This document shows positions 54,378-64,000 of a stretch of DNA of 64,000 bases, piece by piece. Both the position numbers and the translations under genes were made by a program. The notes beneath the pieces were generated by a model that saw only the letters and a list, made by a program, of their open reading frames with translations, ran no database searches and was not told the DNA's origin. Every line of letters starts with the position of its first letter. Position 1 is the first letter of the stretch. The stretch comes from Candidatus Latescibacterota bacterium. Lineage in GTDB: Bacteria > Latescibacterota > CBDEFO01. The stretch spans positions 4,224,001 to 4,288,000 of the forward strand of contig OZ252149.1 in NCBI GenBank assembly GCA_965248755.1. The letters are read 5' to 3'.

Positions 54378-55877
54378 ATGAACTACACAAAGAACATCGG
54401 TCTTGAGATACATTGTCAACTCGACACGGAAAGCAAGCTGTTCTGCGAGTGTAGTGCCAGATATTTCCAGAAATACCAAAGGACAGGGACTTCCAAGATA
54501 AAACCAAATATGGAGATATGTCCTATCTGTCTCGGGTTTCCGGGGATACTCCCTGTTCCTAACTTTGAGGCGATAAGGCTCTGCGTTAAATTGTCTTTAG
54601 CCCTCAACTGCGTAATCTCAGAAGAAGTGATCTTCCACCGCAAGAGCTATACGTATCCAGATCTTCCAAAAAACTATCAGATCTCGCAGTTCAAAAACGC
54701 AATAGGCAGTAACGGATACATGGACCTGGACCTGAATGGAGAGAATAAGAAAGTAACAATAACCGAAGTCCATCTGGAAGAGGATCCCGGAAAGCTCGAA
54801 CATGAAAAAAGCGACACGGGGATAGACTTCAACAGATGCGGCATACCGCTTGCGGAAATCGTCACTGACTACAGAGATATAACCACGTTCAGGGAGGCCC
54901 AGGCGTTTGTTCTAAAGCTCAGAGATATAGTCAGAGACACAGAAGTATCCAACGGAGATATGGAGAAAGGATCCTTACGGGTGGACATAAATATCTCCGT
55001 CCTCCCCCAAGACGAAGGAAATTACGGCACCAAGACCGAGATCAAAAACCTGAACTCTATAAGAGCCGCAGGAGACGCTATTGACGCCGAATCTGAAAGA
55101 CAGAGAAATCTCCTTGAATCAGGGGATAGAGTCAGACCGGTCACTTTAAGATGGGATGGTCACGGATTAAGCCTCCTCAGAGTTAAAGAAGAGGTCTCAG
55201 ACTACAGATATTTTCCTGATCCTGACTTAGCCCCTATCAAATTAGACCTGGAACTTATAGAAGAGATAAAAAGCCAACTGCCGGAGGAAAGGGACGAGCT
55301 TTTCAGGCGACTTGTGGAAGAATATGCCTTGACGGAAGATCAGGCGGAAATCCTGATCTTCGAGAGGAGGCTTGCACGCTTCTTTGAACTTGGGGTCGCT
55401 GGGACAAAAGATGCGGAGCTTACTTATAACTTCCTTACATCCACGCTTCTTCCGAACCTTCAGAAGCGCAATTTGGAGCTTAAAGACGTTTCTTCTGAAA
55501 AGATAGCTCAATTCTTAAGGTACGTCAAAGATCACAACACTGATAAGACCCTTGTCCACCAGGCACTCAATCAGTCTATAGACCAAAAGACAGATCTTGT
55601 CGAGACTATAAAAGTAAAAGGCCTATCCTCCAAAAGAATAGGAACAGATGAGACCGAACGCATAGTGGATAAGACCATACAGAGTCTCAAGAAGGATGCC
55701 TCCGACGACAAGGGAAACGTAGTTGACAATGCCGTTGCGGAGTTTAAGGATATAGGGGAGTCCAAAGCCGTAAACGTTATAATAGGCGCCATAATGAGAG
55801 AATACGGCAGGAAGGTCGATCCCAAAGACGTAGGGAAATTGGTCAACCGGAAGATACAAGAGATGGTCGAAGCATAA
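54378..55877 (+). CDS. gatB: Asp/Glu-tRNA amidotransferase subunit B
   Basis: IGLEIHCQL, YPDLPKNYQISQ, HLEEDPGK, DYRYFPDPDL. Confidence 0.95.
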   Translation: MNYTKNIGLEIHCQLDTESKLFCECSARYFQKYQRTGTSKIKPNMEICPICLGFPGILPVPNFEAIRLCVKLSLALNCVISEEVIFHRKSYTYPDLPKNYQISQFKNAIGSNGYMDLDLNGENKKVTITEVHLEEDPGKLEHEKSDTGIDFNRCGIPLAEIVTDYRDITTFREAQAFVLKLRDIVRDTEVSNGDMEKGSLRVDINISVLPQDEGNYGTKTEIKNLNSIRAAGDAIDAESERQRNLLESGDRVRPVTLRWDGHGLSLLRVKEEVSDYRYFPDPDLAPIKLDLELIEEIKSQLPEERDELFRRLVEEYALTEDQAEILIFERRLARFFELGVAGTKDAELTYNFLTSTLLPNLQKRNLELKDVSSEKIAQFLRYVKDHNTDKTLVHQALNQSIDQKTDLVETIKVKGLSSKRIGTDETERIVDKTIQSLKKDASDDKGNVVDNAVAEFKDIGESKAVNVIIGAIMREYGRKVDPKDVGKLVNRKIQEMVEA

Positions 55878-55883
55878 GGATTA

Positions 55884-56843
55884 TTATGTTCGCTGGTCAG
55901 CCGTGTAGACATCTACTGTCTCCACAGGGCGGAATTTTCTCTTAAACTGTCTTAAGCCAGCACTTCCCAAATCGCTCGCATCGTTTACAAGCTCGAACTT
56001 TCTCATTTCACTAAAGAAACAATATCTCGTATATTCTGATAGTCCTTTTATGTCCAGATCACCTTTGGAGACGAAGAAATTAGCCATCTCCTCCCACATC
56101 CTTCCCCCCATCCAGAATCCCCTTATCTTCCCATCTATCTCGGCAACCCACCCGGAAAGATCTGGAACTTTTGCATAATACTCTAAAGCGGATCTCGTAT
56201 AAGCCCAGTCCAAGAGCCTCAGTGAACGTCCCTCTCTCCCATGTCTTTTAGCCTTTCTCCATGCACGCATAATTTCCATGCACCCGTCCACATCTTCTTT
56301 CCCCATCTTTCTACATAGGACTTTATAATCCTTTTCAGTCCGACGTATTCTCTTCCTCAGGTCACTGTAAGCGCTCCCTTCCATCTGCACAATCTTCTTT
56401 GGGTCATATATATACTCCGCCTCCTTCCACCTGAGATAGCAGACGCCCATCTTATCCATCGCCACTTTGTCACACCTGTCCACCCACAAGATTCTCCCCT
56501 CTTTATCTTCGTTAAAAGAGTTCATCAACTCTGTGCACTGCACAAGAGCACTATCTGAAAAGGGCAGGGGAGGGAAAAACATATTCATCCTGACGCCCTC
56601 AGGTCTGTGATTTACCACAAAGACACAGAGACACCCACTTATCTTCATCCAGAATATGTCTCTTGAGGGGGAGGCCCCGTAGCAGAAGATAAACGGAAAG
56701 TAGTAACACCAGGTCTTCTTTCGATTCTCGCTAAATGTCTCTCTGAACAGATCCGCATCCTCAAGCGTCAGGCGCTTTAAGTGTGTCTCAAAGAGGGCTA
56801 TTTTACTATCTGCAGTAAGAAGGGCACTATCCGCGCTCTGCAT
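55884..56843 (-). CDS. DUF2156 / LPG-synthase C-terminal-like (aminoacyl-tRNA-dependent transferase fold) protein
   Basis: EYIYD....MEG, GKIRGF, ND.SDLGSAGLRQFKRKFRP. Confidence 0.75.
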   Translation of the reverse strand: MQSADSALLTADSKIALFETHLKRLTLEDADLFRETFSENRKKTWCYYFPFIFCYGASPSRDIFWMKISGCLCVFVVNHRPEGVRMNMFFPPLPFSDSALVQCTELMNSFNEDKEGRILWVDRCDKVAMDKMGVCYLRWKEAEYIYDPKKIVQMEGSAYSDLRKRIRRTEKDYKVLCRKMGKEDVDGCMEIMRAWRKAKRHGREGRSLRLLDWAYTRSALEYYAKVPDLSGWVAEIDGKIRGFWMGGRMWEEMANFFVSKGDLDIKGLSEYTRYCFFSEMRKFELVNDASDLGSAGLRQFKRKFRPVETVDVYTADQRT

Positions 56844-57216
56844 CGAACAACCTCGTCCTTGAAGGCTTCAGCACCTTCTTCAGATGATCTACAATTACCG
56901 AACTGTCCATCCCACCTGGTGGCTTGCTGCCGCCCCTGAAAGAATCATTCGGGGACTGTTCGTCCCTCCCGTCACAGGTCAGAATATCCACAGCCATAAA
57001 TCCCTCCTCAGCCCAGGTGTGGACGCTCACGTGCGACTCGGAGATCATGACAAATCCGCTGAATCCGTAAGGCTCGAACTGATGAAAGTGATGGTGCACG
57101 ATCCTGGCACCTGAAAGCTTCACAGCCTCTATCAATACGCTCTTGACAGGCTCTACCTGCTTCAAGAGGTCTATGTTATCAAACCACATATCCAAAAGGA
57201 TGTGGCTCCTTGTCAT
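56827..57216 (-). CDS. speD: S-adenosylmethionine decarboxylase proenzyme with a ~19-aa insertion containing degenerate palindrome copy 8 (56934-56954)
   Basis: HQFEPYGFSG, ISESHVSVHTW, DILTC. Confidence 0.9.
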   Translation of the reverse strand: MTRSHILLDMWFDNIDLLKQVEPVKSVLIEAVKLSGARIVHHHFHQFEPYGFSGFVMISESHVSVHTWAEEGFMAVDILTCDGRDEQSPNDSFRGGSKPPGGMDSSVIVDHLKKVLKPSRTRLFDAERG

Positions 57217-58256
57217 CTTTTCCTTTTCTCCCTCTTTTTCACCTGTAATGTGTACAGTTGTCCTTCATAGACGCTCCTTACAGAAGAGCGAGCTGAAGGC
57301 GTAGTCAGGGCGTGGATCAACTGACTCGATCCCGCCAGAATCTGAGACCCTTCATATCTATTGAACCCGGGAATAATCTCTCTTATAAGTAGACCCATAG
57401 AAATAGCGCTCTTGTGTATCCTTATCATCTCGTTCCACCCTTTATGAGCAAATGAAATGAACATCTGCTGTCCTTGATCATCTTTTAGTCCCTCAAGTCC
57501 TCGCGATACGAAAAGCTCAAACCCTTCCAGGGTATAAGGGGGATCTGTCGCAAGGACATTGAAACTGTTTTGGAATCTTTTGGGAAGAGGCGTCCTCAAG
57601 TCGTGCTGCACAGCCTCGATCATCAGATCCTCTTTTTTTGAAGTGTGCGATATATAATCTACTATCCTTCCATCTACTTCCAGGACGCATATACTCCCCT
57701 TCATATTCTCACTTTTGCAATATAGCTCCCTTTTCAAGAGTCCCAGAGCCAAAGACGCCAGATCGTCATCTCCCAGGATCAGAACATCCCTGCCCTCTAC
57801 AGCATCGTTTTCATACATATACAGAGCCCTGTTCAAGGCCGTCTGTGGAGTATCGTGTGACTGATCCAGGGACCTGTCCACAGATGGCCTTTCCCTGCAA
57901 TAGTGAGTCAGGGTTTCCAACAGCGGCTCTAATTCAGAAGACGCCAGGATTCCTCTCGCTTGGCAATGTGGGCAGTTAAAACGCTCTCTGCTCCATATCC
58001 CCATATCCTCCTTCAAAATATCATTTCCCACCTCCGAAAGACATAATCCGCTTTTTCTAACTAATATGCCCCTCTTTTCTAATTCTCTCCTCACAGCCGA
58101 CACCACGGGCAAAGGGAGGTGGACCGACTGAGAGAGTTCCCAAAGACTTACGTTTCCCCTCCTGTAGACCTCCCTTAGAATGCGCCTTATAGCCTCAGGC
58201 CCTTCGTATATTTGTGTTGCTGCTGAAACCTCCGAAAGGAGATCGTCGCCTGTCAC
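57213..58256 (-). CDS. bpsA: Branched-chain polyamine synthase (BpsA/DUF43)-like aminopropyltransferase
   Basis: RP....LDQSH.T, ILGDDDLAS, HDLRTPLP, TDPPYT, GFNRY. Confidence 0.75.
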   Translation of the reverse strand: MTGDDLLSEVSAATQIYEGPEAIRRILREVYRRGNVSLWELSQSVHLPLPVVSAVRRELEKRGILVRKSGLCLSEVGNDILKEDMGIWSRERFNCPHCQARGILASSELEPLLETLTHYCRERPSVDRSLDQSHDTPQTALNRALYMYENDAVEGRDVLILGDDDLASLALGLLKRELYCKSENMKGSICVLEVDGRIVDYISHTSKKEDLMIEAVQHDLRTPLPKRFQNSFNVLATDPPYTLEGFELFVSRGLEGLKDDQGQQMFISFAHKGWNEMIRIHKSAISMGLLIREIIPGFNRYEGSQILAGSSQLIHALTTPSARSSVRSVYEGQLYTLQVKKREKRKR

Positions 58257-58369
58257 TATTTTCTCACTTTCTTGCTTACGGCTATCCTTAATCTACGACT
58301 TTCAAATAAGCCTATTTTATCAAAGTCAGCTTCCTCGTCTGCACAAATTCATCCGCCTCTAACTGTAAA

Positions 58370-60935
58370 CTATCCTGTCGTGCCGAAGTTATCCAGAAAG
58401 ATCACAAAGTCAGATAGACCTACTTCTCCATCGCTGTCCAAGTCATACGCAGAATCCCAATCGACTGAACTGGTAGTTGTTCCGAACACATCTAGAAAAC
58501 GGACAAAATCGGAGAGACCTACTTCATTATCCCCGTCGAAATCTCCTACAAGGTCAGGGACGACAGTAAAGTCAGAGATATTCAACAACACTGACACACT
58601 GTCGCTCCATCTATTAGTCACAACAAGGTCATTATTTCCATCTCCATCCAAATCCGCACTAAAAACTGACACGGGACCATTCCCAACACTATAGGCCGCA
58701 TTAATTTCAAATGTCCCATTTCCATCATTCAACAACACTGACACATTATCACTGTTCTCATTAGCTACAGCCAAGTCATTATCCCCATCCCCGTCTAAAT
58801 CCACACTGAAAATTGATATAGGACTGTCCCCAACAGCATAGTTCATCTTAGGAGCAAATGTTCCATTTCCATTATTCAACAACACTGATACACTATCGCT
58901 GCCAATATTAGCTGTTGCTAAGTCATTATCTCCATCTCCATCTAAATCTGTACTGAATACTGATGCGGGTTCATTTCCAGCGTCATAGTCTGCCCTAAAT
59001 GGAAATGCTCCATCTCCACTATTCAACAACACCGATACATTTTCGCTAATAAGATTAGCCACAACTAATTCATTATCCCCATCCCCATCTAAATCCACAC
59101 TGAAAATTGATATAGGACCCTCCCCAACAGCATAGTCCACCTTAGGTGCAAATGTGCCATTCCCATTATTCAACAACACTGATACATTATCGCTGTTCCA
59201 ATTAGCCACAGCCAAGTCATCATCCCCATCTCCATCTAAATCTGTAATGAATACTGACTCGGGACTACCCCCAACTGCATAGTCAGTCCTGGGTCCGAAA
59301 AGGACATCGACAAAAGCAAATCCGTCAGAGAGTGTGTCTGTCAGACCATTGGGATTTGTAACTATTACGTCTACAGTGCTAATAGGATGAGCGGGAATCA
59401 CAGCGGTGATCGTACTGGAGGATACTATGACTACGTCTGTGGCTGCTCTATCTCCGAAAGTAACAGTTGCTCCACTTTGGAAATCGCGGCCTTTTATCGT
59501 CACAGATGTACCACCCAATTTCGTGCCGAAAATAGGATCAATAGATGTCACAATAGGGGGAACCCCAATAAAAGCAAATCCATTAGACAGTGTGCCAGCC
59601 TGACCGTCGGGATTTGTGACTGTCACATCCACAATGCCAACGGGATGAGCGGGAGTTGTTGCGGTAATGGTACCCCAAAGTCCTACAGCTACATTTGTGG
59701 CATCGCTCTCGCCGAAAATAACAGTCGCTCCACTTTGGAAATTGCTCCCTGTTATCGTCACAGACGTACCCTCTAATTCCAGGCCAGAAGTGGGATTGAT
59801 AGAGGTTACAGCCAGAGAAGGTATCACATCGGAGAGATTCAACAACACTGATACATTATCGCTACCCAAATTAGCCACAGCCAAGTCGTTATCACCATCT
59901 CCATCTAAATCCACACTGAATACTGATTCGGGACGACTCCCAGCGGCATAGTCTACCTTAGGTGCAAATGGTCCCATTCCCATTATTCAATAACACTGAT
60001 ACATTATCGCTGAGGAAATTAGCCACAGCTAAGTCGTTATCTTCATCACCATCTAAATCTGCAATGAATACTGAATAGGCATGATCCCCAGCGGGATAGT
60101 CCACCTTAGTTACAAATGTCCCATTCCCATTATTCAATAACACTGATACAGTACCGTCGAATACAGAATTAGCCACAGCCAAGTCATTATCCCCATCTCC
60201 ATCTAAATCTGCAATGAATACTGAAGAGGGACCAAGCCCGGCGTTATAGTCTGTCTTAGGTGCAAATGTCCCATCTCCTTTGTTCAACAACACTGATACA
60301 TTATAGCTGTTCCTGTTAGCCACAGCCATGTCATTATCCCCGTCTCCATCTAAATCTGCGATGAAAACTGAAACGGGATTATCCCCAACAATCAAGTCTA
60401 CCTTAGGTACAAATGTTCCGTTCCCATTGTTCAATAATACTGAAACGCTATCGCTCCCTGCATTAGCCACAGCGAGGTCATTATCTCCATCCCCATCTAA
60501 ATCTGCAATGAATACTGAACGGGGGAAAACCCCAGTGCCATAATCCACCTTATGCCCAAATGTTCCATCCCCATTATTTAACAACACTGATACAGTACCT
60601 GGGGGGATGTTATTAGCCACAGCTAAGTCATTATCCCCATCTCCATCTAAATCCGCACTGAATACTGAACGGGGATATTCCGTAACACCATAGTCCACCT
60701 TAGGTGCAAATGTACCATCGCCATTATTCAACAACACTGATACAGTACCTGGGGAGATGCTATTAGCCACAGCTAAGTCATTATCCCCATCTCCATCTAA
60801 ATCCGCACTGAATACTGAACGGGGTTTATCCCCAGTGGCATAGGAAGTCGGAGGCCCCAAAAGGGCTTGTGCATAGACAGGCGCATACAAAGCGACTAAC
60901 AGGATCAAAGCAGTATATAAGATTGCACACCTCAT
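58370..60935 (-). pseudogene. Secreted FG-GAP plus IPT protein with a dockerin-like tail, split by a 1-nt insertion near 59970
   Basis: ORFs 59958-60935 and 58370-59983 join at NGTF-APK if one base is removed. Confidence 0.85.
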
Positions 60936-60966
60936 TTTATTATCTCTTAACGGAAAGATCCGAGAG

Positions 60967-62289
60967 TTAAGCGACTCGCTTTAAGACTCGTTCGAAAGCG
61001 CTGATAGCCTCGTCTATATTTTCTCTACCGGTCGGGATGGAGATACTGTGCATTGTCAGACCGGGATTTGTGTGAACGCCCTCCTCAAGGAGTCCGAGAT
61101 ATAGCCTGTATGACAGCGCTCTATCACTCGCAGCGCCGGCGCGATAGTTGAGGATCTCCTGATTAGTGAAATAGATGCCGAATAGCGGCCCGATACCGAT
61201 CACACAAGTTGCAATGCCGACCCGGTCTGCGGCTTCTTTTAATCCTCTTCGGATTCGGTCGCCCAGTGTTTTAAGGTGAACGTACATCTCATCTGTCAGG
61301 AGCCGCAGAGTGGCAAGGCCCGCGGTGGTCGACATGGGGTTGCCCGCAAATGTGCCGCTTTGAAAGAAACCCTTACCGGTCCTTGCGTCCAGAACGTCCA
61401 TAAGTTCAGCTCGTCCGCCGAGCGCGCCGCCGGGGAATCCGCCCGCGATAATCTTTCCAAAGAGTGTAAGGTCAGGTTCAAAACCGTAGAGTTCCTGGAC
61501 ACCTCCGGGGGCAACAGAGAAGCTGACGACTTCGTCAAGGATAAGGTAGAGGTCGTACTTGTGAGTGATGTTCCGAACAAAGCGCGAAAATTCAGGACCT
61601 ACTGACATAACGCCTGCCCGGACATCAAAAAGTACGCCCGCCAATTCATCCCGGTGTTCCGCCAATATGCGATCTACAGATTCAGGGTCATTCAGCGGCA
61701 GGACAACAGTATCCTCAGCCACGTGGCACGACACTCCTTTGACTGTCACGACAGGTTCAGGTGAATCGGCCGGACCTGCCATATCGGTCGGCGGAGCTAC
61801 GCTGACCTCAACAGCGTCGTGGCTGCCATGAAAGGCCCCCTCAAATTTCGCGATTTTCTCCTTTCCGGTCAGGCCGCGCACCAACCTTACTGCGTTGAGG
61901 CTTGCTTCTGTGCCTGAGTTAGTAAACCGGACCCGCTCGACGGATGGGACCCGCCGACATATCTCCTCGGCAAGTTCAGCCTCTACACCGACTTGGCGGC
62001 CAAGGGCAAAGCCCCTGCCAATCTGGCTTTGCACAGCTTCAACGACATTCGGATGGCGATAGCCCGCTATAGCCGCCGTATGGTGATTAGCTACATCCAA
62101 GTAACGATGGCCGTCAACGTCATAAAGGTAACATCCCTCGCCACGCTCCATATAGAGCGGAAAGGGGAAGGTATCATAAGCCCCTTTGGCGACGCCTCCC
62201 GGCATAGAGGACAGACCTTTTTCGTAAAGGGCCAAAGACCTGGGGTTGTTCTTGAGATATCGAGATTCCAGGGTTTCGATAGATTCCAC
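60967..62289 (-). CDS. Class III aminotransferase, HemL/GSA-aminomutase-like
   Basis: RFTNSGTEA, KFEGAFHGSHD, ILDEV, FGKIIAGGFP, SGTFAGNP. Confidence 0.85.
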   Translation of the reverse strand: MESIETLESRYLKNNPRSLALYEKGLSSMPGGVAKGAYDTFPFPLYMERGEGCYLYDVDGHRYLDVANHHTAAIAGYRHPNVVEAVQSQIGRGFALGRQVGVEAELAEEICRRVPSVERVRFTNSGTEASLNAVRLVRGLTGKEKIAKFEGAFHGSHDAVEVSVAPPTDMAGPADSPEPVVTVKGVSCHVAEDTVVLPLNDPESVDRILAEHRDELAGVLFDVRAGVMSVGPEFSRFVRNITHKYDLYLILDEVVSFSVAPGGVQELYGFEPDLTLFGKIIAGGFPGGALGGRAELMDVLDARTGKGFFQSGTFAGNPMSTTAGLATLRLLTDEMYVHLKTLGDRIRRGLKEAADRVGIATCVIGIGPLFGIYFTNQEILNYRAGAASDRALSYRLYLGLLEEGVHTNPGLTMHSISIPTGRENIDEAISAFERVLKRVA

Positions 62290-62390
62290 GTTGTATTCTC
62301 CTTTGCACGCTGTGACGGACGCGGCTGGACATGCCTCATTCTAAAATAACCTGATAAAGATGGAAAATCAAGTCAAATCATTTTTTTGGT

Positions 62391-62411
62391 CCCCGATAGA
62401 TTCAATCCGGG
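62391..62411. repeat. 21-bp palindrome, copy 9 (divergent intergenic region)
   Basis: ccccgatagattcaatccggg (1 mismatch). Confidence 0.85.
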
Positions 62412-62510
62412 AAAAGAAAATCCTTGCTTTGTGTCTCGATCTGCATTATCATATTTCAATCTGCTACGTTCCTTGCTATCTTAGGCTACTTTCAATCAGA
62501 GAATATTCAA

Positions 62511-63527
62511 ATGGAAACTCCCCTTTTTCCCGGCAAACTGCCGCCCGGTCTCCTTAAACGCCTGACAGAGACGTACACAACATCAGACGAAAGAGTAGTA
62601 ATAGGCTCAAAGTTAGGGGAAGACGCCACAGTCATAGACTTCCATGATACCTATCTTGTTGCGAAGACAGATCCCATCACTTTTGCGACCGACCAGGCAG
62701 GCTGGTACGCTGTCAACGTCAACGCCAACGATATAGCCGCAATGGGTGCAAGACCCAAATGGTTTCTGGCAACAGCTCTCCTTCCTGAAAGAGACGCTAC
62801 GCCGCAACTTGCCGAAGAGATCTTCAGGCAGATCAGTCAGGCCTCCTCATCTTTAGGCATAGCCTTCTGCGGAGGACATACGGAGATAACTTACGGCCTC
62901 GACAGACCCATACTCATAGGCTGCATGCTCGGCGAAGTTCCGAAAGAAGGGCTCGTCAGATCGTCCGGCTTGATTCCCGGAGATAGGATCATCCTGACGA
63001 AGGGACTCGGCATAGAAGCCACATCCATCATTGCAAGAGAAAAAGAGGAGCAACTAAAAGAAAAGTGGGGGAAGGAATTTGTTCAAAGATGTAAGGACTA
63101 CCTCTACAAGCCCGGTATAAGTGTAGTCAAAGACTCAGAGATAGCCTGCGCCACAGCCCGAATAAAGGCCATGCACGATCCGACCGAGGGCGGAGTAGCC
63201 ACAGGATTGTGGGAACTTGCCCAGGCATCACAGGTTGGGATCGAAATATATGGTGAAAGGCTCTATATTTCAGAAGAATCCAAAGCCCTCTGCGAGGAAT
63301 TCGACATCGTCCCTCTAGGGGCTATCTCATCAGGCGCCCTCCTGATAGGTGTCAATCGGACTGATGTTCAACCTGTACTTCAAGCCCTGCGGAGGGCCGA
63401 GATCGAATCTGAGGAGATAGGACAAGCTAAAGACAAGGACTTCGGATTAAGGCTGAACACAAAAGGAAAGCTTTCCGAGCTTCCCCGCTTCGACAGAGAC
63501 GAAATAACGAAGCTCTTTGAGGGCTGA
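62511..63527 (+). CDS. AIR synthase-related (HypE/ThiL-like) protein
   Basis: GEDA, KTDPIT, NANDIAAMGA, GGHTE, MHDPTEGG. Confidence 0.88.
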   Translation: METPLFPGKLPPGLLKRLTETYTTSDERVVIGSKLGEDATVIDFHDTYLVAKTDPITFATDQAGWYAVNVNANDIAAMGARPKWFLATALLPERDATPQLAEEIFRQISQASSSLGIAFCGGHTEITYGLDRPILIGCMLGEVPKEGLVRSSGLIPGDRIILTKGLGIEATSIIAREKEEQLKEKWGKEFVQRCKDYLYKPGISVVKDSEIACATARIKAMHDPTEGGVATGLWELAQASQVGIEIYGERLYISEESKALCEEFDIVPLGAISSGALLIGVNRTDVQPVLQALRRAEIESEEIGQAKDKDFGLRLNTKGKLSELPRFDRDEITKLFEG

Positions 63528-63658
63528 TCTTATTATATTTGATTCTCCTCTGCAGCCCTGTAACAATTTTGCATCTTTTTGGACGACACAAGTAGTTTGG
63601 AATACATATAGGTACTGCATAGATTTAAGGATCGGTTCAGAATAGTCTGGACAAGATT

Positions 63659-63697
63659 ATGGATATCTCAAATGGATATCTCAAATGGACATCTAAA
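63659..63697. repeat. Three tandem 13-bp repeats
   Basis: atggatatctcaa atggatatctcaa atggacatctaaa. Confidence 0.8.
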
Positions 63698-63732
63698 ATA
63701 GTAGACAGCATAGAGGGAGGGGGCGGTCTAAC

Positions 63733-63813
63733 GAGATTGCTTCGCTTCGCTTGCAGCGACATCGCGGCCTTTCGGTACAGTCATTGCGAGGAGTGAAACC
63801 ATGAAGGAATCAC
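63733..63813. repeat. REP-like pair without the palindrome insert
   Basis: gagattgcttcgcttcgcttgcagcgac ... gtcattgcgaggagtgaaaccatgaaggaatc. Confidence 0.7.
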
Positions 63814-64000
63814 AAGAGATGGACAGGGCTGTCCTATTTTCTGTCTTCTACTTACTGTCGAGTTATTCAGTATGGGCATTACGGTATCCTATAAATCTCT
63901 GAAAGAATCGCCCGTCCCTGATGCATTTTGGGCTCAGATCGGGCTGGCAGGTCCTGACGGGTCGGTGGATCGAGCTAAGATCAAGAAGTACCAAGAGGTT

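Noticed and set aside
54378..55877. gatB without adjacent gatA/gatC as a novel system
   Set aside because: Split gatCAB arrangements are common, and the partners may lie elsewhere in the genome
30220..58560. Diversity-generating retroelement TR/VR pairs among the shared C-terminal modules
   Set aside because: No reverse transcriptase in the window; all copies are coding, and I saw no adenine-specific mismatch pattern

Overview
Bacterial chromosome segment, probably from an FCB-related candidate phylum such as Latescibacterota or KSB1. This is inferred from the FlgD/T9SS-like QNYPNPFNP tails, dockerin-like tails and 'TWGxxK' C-terminal motifs. Intact core genes are ffh-rpsP-rimM-trmD-rplS, gatB and dprA. 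They lie among many secreted repeat proteins, a decaying capsule/EPS locus, a bpsA-speD-DUF2156 polyamine operon, and IS1380, IS1595 and IS3 elements or remnants. Two signals are not explained by the ORF track. (1) A ~13.5 kb island appears to have integrated into the 5' end of dprA. A 48-bp direct repeat (13821-13868 / 27317-27364) differs only at the start codon and synonymous positions, and a decayed tyrosine-integrase tail sits beside the right copy. (2) A 21-bp palindrome, CCCCGATTGAATCTATCGGGG, occurs at least 9 times: between genes, inside REP-like repeats, frameshifting or truncating transposases, and in frame inside two host genes. No rRNA, tRNA or CRISPR array was recognised. All family assignments come from motif recognition by eye, not database searches.
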